A stretch of DNA of 58,443 nucleotides, the filler included, from Sphacelaria rigidula (taxonomy: Eukaryota): the NCBI GenBank assembly GCA_964200075.2. It is 4 parts of 4 records of this genome, joined end to end, with 100 filler letters (N's around TTAATTAATTAA, not from the genome) between each part and the next. Parts side by side here need not be neighbours in the genome. Positions count along the whole stretch, not along the records: positions 29,273 to 43,808 come from CAXNAA020002198.1; positions 43,909 to 58,443 come from CAXNAA020002199.1; 2 more parts are not named here. One strand, 5' to 3'. Positions 40,144-51,900 of this stretch are shown here, piece after piece; within the stretch, counting starts at the first letter, position 1, and each line of letters begins with the position of its first letter. Below the pieces are notes generated by a model. That model saw only the letters and a program-made list of their open reading frames with translations. It was not told the origin of the DNA and did no database searches. The position numbers and the translations under genes were made by a program.

Positions 40144-43100
40144 TGGAGTGGGGGCGGTGTCATCGCGTCATACGTTCGTTCGTGGCGACAGAGGCAAGGG
40201 TGGCACGGGGATTCGAGTATGGTGCACAAACTGAGGGAGTGAACTTTTCGTCTTCTTCCACACACAAGATCGAGATCTGAAACGCATGATGGAGCGTGGT
40301 CCGAGAACTGGAGGTCAGAGGAGGAGCAAGCATACTATGACTGTACAGTGTGTGTATGTTTTCTGTGTTTCTACGAATAGTATTAAATCATACCGTGACA
40401 GTTATCGTTACATGTAGTTGGGGTGTCGATGTCGTCTGCATACGTTCGTACAGTAAGTTACAGGCAGAGAGGAGTCTCTACCAAAACATGAAAATTAGAT
40501 GGCTTCGTGTACGCCTGAGATGAATTCATCACGCCCGGTAAGGGTTATACTGTTGGTTTGTCCGCCATTTTTTTCTCGAGTTGTATATGGGCTTTTAGTG
40601 GTGTTTACTATGCGTTGCGCCGTGTAGGCCCCGTGTTCCGGGTAGGGTGGCTTCTAACTGCAACTTGGAGAAGTGGTCAAGTTTACTCCTGTACGGCGCT
40701 CTGCTGTCAACGCTGACATACATACCGATATCGTCGCGATACTGTTTTTTTTGTTCCCTCCCGTGACAGCGTGATCGTTGATTGCTTCGTTCTTTTTCCT
40801 GGGGATGACGATTTTGATGTGATTTTATCCGCATGAAACGTCTCTTTTTTTTTGCTGTTGTGATGGCACTGGCACGGTAGTACAGTACCATACTGGTGTA
40901 CAATACCGTGGCGACGTTTACGTTGGGTTCAGCGAGTGAGGAAGGAGTGTGCTCTAGAGTTGTATGTCGTGAAGTGCTTCGAGCACGATCCCTGCGGGTC
41001 GACAGCATCGGACCCTTTCCTCAGTGATATTCACCGCAAGTACAATCCATATATACTTGGTGACTCACGAAGTTTAATTACAGGACCGCAACAGTAGGTA
41101 TAGTTGGTAGACGTGATGATGAACGTAGTACTGATGTAACGAAGTGGCCAAGTCAAGCCGTATGTTGAACAGCTGTATACACTTTTTGAATATGCGCGCA
41201 TGATTCCAAGTTGACCACGGATTCGAGATGGCGTTTAGTTTTCGCCGGATTTATGGTGGAAGACAGTGGACACTGATGTAGAGGTCTTCGAAGCTCTCTC
41301 TGCTAGGTCTCCGCGGAGCTCCAAGTGAGGAGAGCGTCATTTTTATTGTTGATTCTGATCGCGCTAGACTCGAGGCCATTTCTCGTGGGTACTGAAGTAC
41401 AGAAAGCATTTCCCTCATACAAGCCTATTTTGGCGGTTCCGCCCCGATTTTTGCACCGAAAAGTCCTGGCTCGGAAGACTTTCCCGTATTTATTTCGATA
41501 CGTGAGGCAGAGCCAACGCAGTACACCATGTCGACAGGAGTGTCTTGAAATAGTAAGTGCTGTCGTGTACATTTACTCGGCGCCGGCAATCGTTGCGAGC
41601 TCCTTTGTTGGTTTTGCCACAAATGCTGTACGTACTCGCCACGAAGTTGTACAGCGATGAAACTGCGTCCTCTGTGTAACGTATGCGCGCTGAAAGCAAA
41701 AAAAAATCCAAATATTATCATTTCAGATTTTGATATCACGCATGTGACTTGTGAAGGTTCCTACTATACTTGAATGTGAAATATGCCGGGAATCTCGAGT
41801 TTGAGGTGTCGCTGAGTCGAGGTTCCCTCTATATCCAACAGTAGTTTGCTGATGAATATGTCGAGAACCTCGAATTCGCGACACCTCTATTTTATGAAGG
41901 TCAAGAATGTCGGCGTATTTATTTATTTTTTTGGCGTACCCTTCAAGCGCCAGGGTGGTTCATGCTTTGAATCGACATGATTTCCTTTTGAACAAGGAAT
42001 TCGAGAACGAAGGTGATCCACGCTGACCGTCAAAGGTTGACTTATTCTGATCAGACTTGAGAATTTGTGTCTTGAAAGACAAAGTGAACGTACTGCGAAA
42101 TCTTTGAGGTAATACAACAAAAATATTCATTATTTGAGATAACCTTCCCTTTTTTTGTTGCAGAGAAATTCAGGTGATCGCAACAGTATGGTGGTCGTCG
42201 AGTTACTCTAATATTGCTCAGGACTGTAATGGACGATACTACATTTGGTGTTCGAAGTATCCTTCTAATCGCTAGACGTAACGCGTGTTTTCATCATGTG
42301 GATGTTAGCATATACATGGAATATAGTCACGGAGAGTAACCCCCGATCGGTTTTGATCCTGCAGTCTGTCGCGAGCAGAGTCAGCACGCATGTTTCATGT
42401 CCTCGCTGGATACAACAAGAAGCAGTCAAGCAGTCTACGTCCCACTGCTCTCCACTGGACACAATGAGCTACTACATGCTGCTGATGTTTGCGTACTCTT
42501 CCTCAACACTACCGAGAAAAGAGAGCACTGTTGGCAACGCATGAGGTCAGGCCAGTAGAGTGTACCATCATTGGTCGACGATATATGCATAGTTGGCGTT
42601 ACTTGATATGAGTTTGAACAACGAGAATCGGATATTTAGTGGGGCTGACAGTTCCGTGTGCTCCTCACGTGCGCCGAACGCATTTTCGTTCAAATTGGAG
42701 CCTGTGGCTTCGGAGTCTACCAAGGCCGCACTGTGTCAACGGAACTCCATGTACCCTCCTTGCCCGAAGATTGTCGGTATCCTCTGCGTTGGGATTTGAG
42801 TTCCAAGATTTGCACATTTTCCATTTTCGAGGTCAACACATTCGAAAACCCTTTGACCCTTGGACGGCGATGCGGGTGGTTCATCTGGATTACGCCTACT
42901 TTTTTCGAGTGAAATGGATGCTGCTTCTGCAGAGGTAATCCACTAGGATGTGATGAAATGAATGAAGCATAATGGAATACAAACATTGACCAACCTTGAG
43001 TTAATAAGGGGGTGCACGGTAGCGCAAGGGACAAGAACTAGGCGTCTCCAGGAGAGGTTCCTACTACGGATTTTGGCGTGATGTCCATCGTTTCGATTTT

Positions 43101-43395
43101 GAAATTATGGGACAAATAATGAATGTTCAGTCCTTAACCCGGGGATGTAACGCACGCACCCCCCCTCTAAAACGTAATCACTCGGGTGGTATCTACGGTT
43201 TTGGCATGTTCCACACGAATGACGATGCACCTAACGCACGGACACATCGATAGAACGCTCGAACGGAACCTTATTTAGAGTATAGAATCTCCGACCGCTC
43301 GTTTCCGCCCACCAGGGGATGACGTCGCTCTGCCCCCTCCCCGAACACAATTCGGGGTGATTTCTACCGTCTTGGCCAATTACGTATGATTTCAC

Positions 43396-43505
43396 TAGAG
43401 GTGGGCACCGGACAGCAAATTTAGAAACCCGTAACCGGATAAGGAGGCGTTATTTTCAAATCGAAAAACCGGTTTAACCGGGTTTTTTTCGGCCGGTTTA
43501 ACCTG
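43396..43505 (+). mobile_element. Possible hAT-like transposon end
   Basis: TAGAGGTGGGCA start followed by repeated AACCGG subterminal motifs. The partner end is not seen. Confidence 0.35.
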
Positions 43506-43808
43506 ATAAGCAAGGGAAAACGCCTCCGAATCATTGAAACGTCGGTGAAATTGTCATGTCTTTCACACCGTGTGAGTGATGGATACGCTCGAAAACACCC
43601 ATTGCAGGTGACGGCAAGGTTACATTTCAGACCTCCGTACCCGTGCAACATCTGTCGAACTCAGGGCTTACGGCACAGCGGCTGGTGACTAGCGACTGTT
43701 GACACTTATTCCAATGCGTTGATAAATGGTTTTCATTACTTGAACGGCTACTGTTATAATCTGGGACCTGGCATGGATTAATCGAGGAGGCATTCACACG
43801 AAAAACTT

Positions 43809-43908
43809 NNNNNNNNNNNNNNNNNNNNNNNNNNNNNNNNNNNNNNNNNNNNTTAATTAATTAANNNNNNNNNNNNNNNNNNNNNNNNNNNNNNNNNNNN
43901 NNNNNNNN
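43809..43908. other. Artificial contig linker
   Basis: 44 N + TTAATTAATTAA + 44 N. Confidence 0.97.
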
Positions 43909-45982
43909 GGGGGGAAGGATGGGTTTGTTGTCGAGAGCGGCCCTTCCTCGCTGGGGCCTGTAAAGCCCCCCCCCCCCCCCCCCCCTCACCCCCTCCCCCT
44001 GCTAACCAATCTCCTTTCTCGGGACGAGTCCGTGGTCTCAAGGGGTCAACCCATCTCTCTTCCGGTTGATAATCCACTCCCCCACCTTGTCTTCGGTGTG
44101 TATTTTGTACCGACGTCAACGGCACCCACCGAGGAAAATCGCGCCAACGTCGACGCACGGATATCTCGGCTGTCGCAGTTTGCGTGCTATCCCGTTTGGA
44201 GGTATTGTTCGAGTGAACCAGCGTGAAGGCCGTTTTATGCCTTGGCCTGTCGCATCGGCCGGATTTCCCAAAACCAGCTGCAACGAGCGAATATATGTCT
44301 TGAATCGCAACGCGTTGTCATTTCTCATTAGCTTCTAACCTTCTCACCCTAGCCGAAATAAAAAAAATCAACTATAAAGTGTCAACACTTGTCCAGCATG
44401 TCGGACTAAACGACCCTAATCGTACTCGTTATTTATTTCATCAACCATCATGTAGAGCTATGTCCGAGGAACACTATTCTTCCGGGTCACAGAAAAAATG
44501 CGATGCATTAAACCCTAGCTCACGGAAAGACGATATTTATACTGTATATATAACAAAGCACGATCCCGTCATTTTGGTCCCAGCCACCATACGAGTTCAA
44601 TACCAGATAAACGACGCTTGTAGGTCACCCACCCTGCAATTATGTTTCTGTAGTACCAGACGGTAACTGAATGATATTATTTTAGAACCATAAAAATACC
44701 ACCGACGTGCCGTAAACTGATACCAGCAACCCGCGCCAGCAAACGTAGGCACCACTCAACCACACTCAACACAGGGACAGCCCCCACCGCAGCCAACGTC
44801 TTATCTCGCTCACAAGTCCCGTGGATGCGAAGACTTGACCCGTAACTCTTTTTGAAGAGCACGTCATACATCACGACAATTCACGTCAGATCTGATCCAG
44901 TCAGAATTGCTAGCCAACAAGTCGTAGCGTCCATCTCAGGTGACAGGCTACTCAGCTCTTTCGGCGGCGGCGACGACGACGACCGCCCGTGTGCTGCATG
45001 CAGTGGAAACGCTCGCCGTACTATCAAAAATACTTGCCCAGTGAGTGAGGTATTCAGAGTCAACAACTGCCAGGACGAAGGACATGGCAATAAGTCCCGT
45101 AATATTGTGTGCTGTTCCAGCACCCTTAACGCACGCGGATCCAACTCCTGGCGTCACCACTATTATACTAATAGTACTTACTGCAGGCGTCGTATGGCAC
45201 GCACAGTGTAATGGATGTAAGGAAAACCTAAAAAAACGCTTGGCGGACCCTTTTAAAGCTAGAACCTTGCAGCGTGAACACACACTCCCTCACCTTCAAA
45301 CATTCAGTTCATAGTTTGTTTTCCCCTACAGTACACCATTCAGCGCAGTTCTCCCTTGCACAGTAATCTCAAATGGATGTCAGCACAGTATTCTCAAATG
45401 AATGTCAGCCCCGCATGTGAGGGAGATCAACACAGCCGAAGTTGAAAATGCAGAAGCAACACACCACCTAAACAATTGCAAACCACCAAATATCTCACCA
45501 TCACCACGAAAATATCAAGTGCATAAATTTTACAACACCGTACAGCACTCCGTTTATCTTCGTGATATCTCCACCAACATTACTATCCAAATTGTTGACT
45601 ACTGTCTGTGGTCATCCGTAGATATGTGTGTGTGTATATATATACAACTAGAGGACCCTAGATTACCCAACAGGTTCAACTAGAGTAACGAACTTAGCAG
45701 CGAGTGTATGATCTCGGTAATAAACGCATACGAATGAAAAAATACAGCATCTCACCACTATTATATATAGTGGATCCTCAATAATGTTGAAGGAATTTCA
45801 GGTCGACCGGTTTCACAATTTCCTCATCTGGCACGGCATCAAACACCCTCCTGCTTCAGTATCTCTGTTGCACCCAGAACCGCATTTTTTCAGACTAAAA
45901 GTCTAAGGCACGATCAATCGTGATTGATGATTGGGTACCTAAAAGGGCCTTTCCGGCCAAGTGTCTCTTGGAGGTGAGACGT

Positions 45983-48900
45983 TCAGACGGGGATGCACTG
46001 GGAGTACCACTGATTCCGCTCCACGCAATCGTTTCCATCCTCGCAGCACTAGAATGATGAAGCAATTGCGTGGCGGGGCGGAATGGATGGATGGAAGGGA
46101 TGAGAAAGGGGTTAGTGAAGATGGGCGTAGCAGATGGTAGCTCACAGATGTGGTTAGCTTCAATTTGGTCAAGGCCGGCTATGCTGAAGGTAGCTCCTTT
46201 GTTTATCAAGTCCAGGCGTGTTGAGAAGCCATGGTTTTATAGCACAAAAATGGAAATGACGTGGGATTCATCTCTGCGTGATAAGCTGTGATTCGTCATC
46301 ACCTGTATATCATACAGATACTACCTTCCTCATGGTGTACTCACGCCTAGAAAACGGAAAAAGCTACTCAGCATTCTGATGGTAGTCAGAATAACGGAGT
46401 TGCCGGCGCGAAAACAGTGTGCGTCTCCCTTCCCCTCAACCGGCCGAAGTTGAGGATGATAAGATCTATCCCGTACCTTAGGCCCGGTCCAATCAATTCC
46501 ACCGCACTGCTCCCAGCTGTCGGAGCAATTGATCTCCTCCACGTCAATGGGGCGACACTGATGAAACGGAACGACAATTGCAAAATGGCGGCGGGATCGC
46601 GTGACAACGTTTAGCTTCTCAGCCATGGGTACACACGCTATTTATTTGTTCAGGGATGTGGCTGCATAGTGGCGCCACAATACAGAACGTTATTGACGGC
46701 AATCGTTGCTCATCATCGACACCCCCACCCTGCAGCGTTCGTTCACTACGAGCACAAAACCACGACCTGCCACTTTCACCATGAAGTGACTCTGACTTGT
46801 TTATACGATAATCAATGTCCGTGCCCCTCGCCCCATCGCTGCCCTACATTCGAGTCTTTCTACGATAACACCCCCCAAAACACAGCCCAAAACTGCCACG
46901 GAGAAAATGGTCATACCGCGCCTGATGTTTGGTTTCAGGGTACATGGAGCGCCTCATGTGGGCGACATTAGCGAAATCGAACCCATGCGTGGGAATTCCC
47001 AGCTGCCCGTTGTGCTCGGCTTCTTTATTTCGATTTACGTGTAGATTTTTCCTCTCCAAACCAGCCATTTTGGGGGGGTGTACTCGTGATCTTGCTTGCC
47101 ATGGTCATACGACCATTGACCTCGCATCCCTGCAAAGCCGGGACGGAGCACGCCGAATTTTCGCCGGACCGGGCTCGCAATCAATCACCAAGCGCGAAGC
47201 GCCGTCATGTGTTCGGTGAGTCGCATGAAGGTTGAGCTGCATCCTGCTGAGACTGTTCGGCTCAAAGCGTATTGAGTATCTTGCATATGGATGGCAGCCT
47301 CCAATGAGTTGCTTCATTTTCTGGCATTGCCACTTCCAGAGACAGTCACGGCTTTCACACGGCCTCATGGGTATCTCACTATTGAAACACTACGTCGTAC
47401 AATTATCCCCTTGGCGCGGAGTCGAGGTTTTACCATCCCGTACAATATGATCCAGCTCGACCACTATCATGGTTACCGCAAAAAAACGCAAGCGCGCAAA
47501 AAAAACGGTACCCTGGTTGCTTAGCTTACGCAGGGAATGGCGTGTTTTATAGCGTCATCGCCAACCGACGCCAACCCCATAGAGGGTCCCTCTACAAAGC
47601 AGGGATGGAGCACGCCGGGTTTTTGCCGGACCAGGCTACTTATGGACACTTATGGGGGGAGGGGGGGGTACTCATTTGTTACTTGTCTTAGTCGTTTGAC
47701 TATTGACCACACACCCGTTTCAAGATGGAGTAAGTCACTTTTTTTTACGGGGGGGCTATCGTAGAAAGACTCCTCCTCTCTCCCCTTATCTCGAAAAGAT
47801 TCAAAAGTTGTGCGCACGTCCACAAAAAGAAAACACTACACGCGCACCTCAGAATAGCAATCCGTACGCTGCACGCACTCGTATCCCATGCGACAGCACC
47901 CGGTTCCCTCGAATCCTTCCCCCCCGCACTGCTCGTACGCGTCAATTTCTTCACCGCACTCAAACGAGGGTTCCTGCTGCTGCGGGGCCTCGGATGCATG
48001 CGGCGCGAAAGTAGCACCAGGTTCCGAAGTTCTCAGCGGAAGTGTTGGCGACGACGAAGGGTAATGGGTGGGGTGGTGGGTAGGTATTCCCGGGGCAGCT
48101 GTAGTTGTTGGCTCTGGTGTAGCCCCAGACGTCGGCTCTCGTGTCGGCGCCGGTATCGATGCGGTTGTTGGGCTGGTCATGGTGGGCTCGGGGGTCGGGC
48201 GAGGAGATCCATCTAGCCGCATTTGGGGGATCGCAGATAGAGGGAGATTTGATGGTGTACAACGGGCCGAGAAATTGAGCGATAATGTTTGACCCCTTGC
48301 CGGTCCCTCTTTCGGTCTCGCAATCACTGTTATGCTCCAATTCCGCCGCATATATATTCCTCACGCATGTGTATGTAATACAACAGTAAAACTAAAGCTG
48401 CAGATACGCAAGCGGTGAGTGGTGGCCACTCTCCAAGTCACAAGACGCACACGTAAGAGCAATGCCGACAGGGATCATACTAGACCTCTCATGCGTGAAT
48501 AGTGCTCAATCAAATCTGGTGGTGTGGGATAAAATACACTCACTCGGAGTGATGGCGATGTCGGCACAGTTCCAGAATTCCTCGGGATAGGAGTCGCCAA
48601 TACCGCAGAGTGGTGGATCCGTCGTGATCCAGTCAGCCTTATTCGGGGCGCATTCGCTAGGCCACGATGGAGGGTTAAACTCCTCGTATCCAGGGTGCTT
48701 GCACGAGTTCCCGGTGTCTGTATTTGTGCGACGAAGTTGATCGGCAAACGTGGGCATAAGACACAAAGAGGGCGAGACGAGGGGAGGGAAAGGGAACGGC
48801 AGTTAAGAGGGGCTCTAGAATGAAGCGCACTTGCGGTGGGCCAAAAATGGTGACACTCAGATTCAAGCGCACGTGCCGCTTTCAAGCCAAGCGGGAAAGC

Positions 48901-51900
48901 GCGAGGTTGTTCATCCCGTATACCAGGCAAAATTGTCCACGCAACCTCTGAGCGTGAGAGTGCGATACCTGATATCGCACTGCAATGCCAAGAAAACACG
49001 ACTTGTATTATCATGACGTTGATCACTTCACGATATGTGCCCCGGCAGCTAACAAGCTATTTACGTAGAGCACAAGCCACACCGATCTAAATTTGATAAG
49101 ACGAGCTCACAATAAACCATCTGAAGGATGCATCTGTCGCAGGTCAGGCCCTCCGGTAGCTGGTACCGGGCGGTTACTACGTCGCCAGTAGCTGCGCCTT
49201 CAGGCTTTGTCTGATCAGTTTCCGCCGCATGGCACGGCGGGTCCACAAAGTAGCGGCCCCGGTGGTTGGGGTCGATTGGGCTTGCATCGCCGTCGTCGGC
49301 GGCACGGTCCAGGGGATGCATATTAAAGCAACCTTGAGTGACTGCGCTATCAGGCCCCCCAGCAAGATCTTCTGCGTTGCAGATGAAAAACTCAAGGTGT
49401 CCCTATGGGATCGGGCGGAGACGACATGCATGCGAGCAGGCCGGGAGCGGGGAGGGGCAGTGAGTGGGGTGTTTGATGAAGTATGAAACTGCCTGCTGCA
49501 TGGTCATCTACTGAATCCGTGCCTTCGAGGCGAGGGAGAGACTGGCATTATGACTACAGTGCTCACACACTACTGCGCTCAGTTCTTATGCTGCCATTAG
49601 TAACCTGGCTCTTGCTTTTCCGTAGTACTTTTTTCATGTGCAATACAAAGGAAAATACTTTGGCACACTACGTTCTGCATTCTGCGCGCATAAATGTACG
49701 TCAGCTTCTCACATAAGTTCTACTGGAGAATGACTTGACGGATTCCCTTCTCCACTAAGATACGGTTTGGACACTGCTTCGTTCCACTACTCTCGTGTCG
49801 ACCCCTTCAACCCATGAAGGGGTGTTGGTCGTACCAGTACACCATCAGCAAGTCTAGGTGGAGACGTGGAGACGAATCCCAACAGTAACGATTCACTTCA
49901 CTGTTCTCCGTCGTGAAGGGTTATGAGGCATGAGTTTTGAATAATCGGCGTGAGTCGGCACGGTGCGAGAATAAGGGTCTCCTCGAAAATGGGGTTCAAT
50001 ATCGCGGTGAGGTTAAGCATGCTTTTGGAATTCGTCATTTTTTGTGTAAATAGTTTCAACAACGAAAGCGCTTCCGGCTACTTTATTTCGTAAAAAAACA
50101 CCGACGAAAGTAAAACTAAATCTTCTTGATAGTCTCTAAACGACCGCGAAAAGCGTAAAGGTTATTTTTTCCTCGGCTTTCCGAGGGCGCGAAGAAATAC
50201 GATGCTAAAGTTCTCCACGAACCAACCCCCCCATCTTCACCCTTGCTCAAGGTTTCCAGCGACGATATTCGATTCAGAAACACGAAAGGTGCGCTTTCGT
50301 CCTCTGAAATCATCTCCATGTACCACTGCCGGAGAGTATTGAGAATTCTGTAACATCGTATTTCTTCACGCCGTTAAAAAGCCAACGAATGCACCTCCTC
50401 TCAGCCTTTCACAATCATCTTGAGGCTTTCAAAAAATATTTATTTACAATTTCATGCATTGTTTCAACACAACTAAACTCGCCGGAAGTGCTTCAAACTA
50501 TTCAAACTATTTACACGAGAACTGGCGAAATTCTAAAAGCAGGTTGAACCTCAACGCGATGGTGGATCACATTTGCGAGACGAGATTATCTTGACTGTTC
50601 ATCATCCAATTCTCGACAACAAATTATCCGGTAGGTGCTGACCGAGGGAGAGATGGGCTGATCTCCCGACACTGGCCTCGTCCCGACGAAGGAAATGACG
50701 ACAAAAAAACTACTTCCCCACCGTACTCCTCGAAGATATCCCCTGCACTAATTTAATGAAGTCGGTTACACTGTTGACGAGTTGGGATTCCGATTCGGGT
50801 CCATTGCACGGACACTTGCAACATCGTCGAACTTATGTTGTTGAAGTGACCGTTACCCTTCCACAGCAACCACATGGCACCGGAGTCTAATCACATCACT
50901 TACATAGTGCCAGGTGGACATGACAACCTTGGTCTCGATGACGCTTCCCTCTTCGAAGGTTTCGAGCACCGGGTAGTTGCTGTTCGCTTTGCCGTATTTG
51001 TTGGTTCCTTCAGCGACAGTCTGCTCCACAGGCGCGAAACGACAGAAAGAAGATCGAAACGGCTCAGCTTTGTACAGTTGACTAATATCGGTGGCTCTTG
51101 TTGACTCAAGGTCCCACGTGTACATTGCGTCAATATATCATGTGGTGGAGAGATGCCTTGATCACTTACGGATCCAGCGGATATCGCAACAGTTGTACGC
51201 ATCCGTCATTTGCACGCGCAATGTAATACTGCACTTACTTGCAGTCGATAATCACAAAGACAACACATGCCATGTGCTCGCGGCTAAAACACAAAATTTA
51301 TCCCCAAGTGATATACGCATCGCACATAGCGCGTCTGTACGATTCAACCCCAAGGTTACGCGTCTTGGGGCATGCTCACGGTGTGTCGCATGCTCCAAAG
51401 ATACAGGATATACATATACTCTAAATCCAACCGGAAGCCATGCCGCGTCTACCACGGGCAGTTTTTTACGCGAGAGAGAGGAGCCACACACTGAGCTCGA
51501 AGTAGACGATACAGACGCACAAGATATACTGCACACAACTACTGTACCTATGCCATACCTGCTCAGGGTCACCGCAGACGCCATGACGCACTGCAATGTC
51601 GTCGGTTTCGAGGTAATTGCCATTTTCCGCGAGTAGTCCTATCTGGTATGAACTGTAGTGGGGCCATCGACCCGCACCAAATTGCGCCAGTATTCCGGGA
51701 TCAGTCAAAGCTTCCCCACGGGCTCGCACGGCAGCATTCCCGCGACTTTGATAGCAATGAGGACCTACGATTGACAGGTTGGGCCCGGACGAGTAAGCCA
51801 CGGTATGTTTGCCCACTGTCTCCGTCTTCTCCTGGAACGCAAGACGCGCACCTAACTCTCGAGGAAGGCATGTTTGTCACAACTAACTCACAAGTTCATT

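Noticed and set aside
41300-43030. Possible decayed coding sequence on the minus strand
   Set aside because: Many stops and no motif I can recognise.
44850-45320. Possible small plus-strand exons with a hydrophobic segment
   Set aside because: Splice-like sites are present, but no coherent model or homology.
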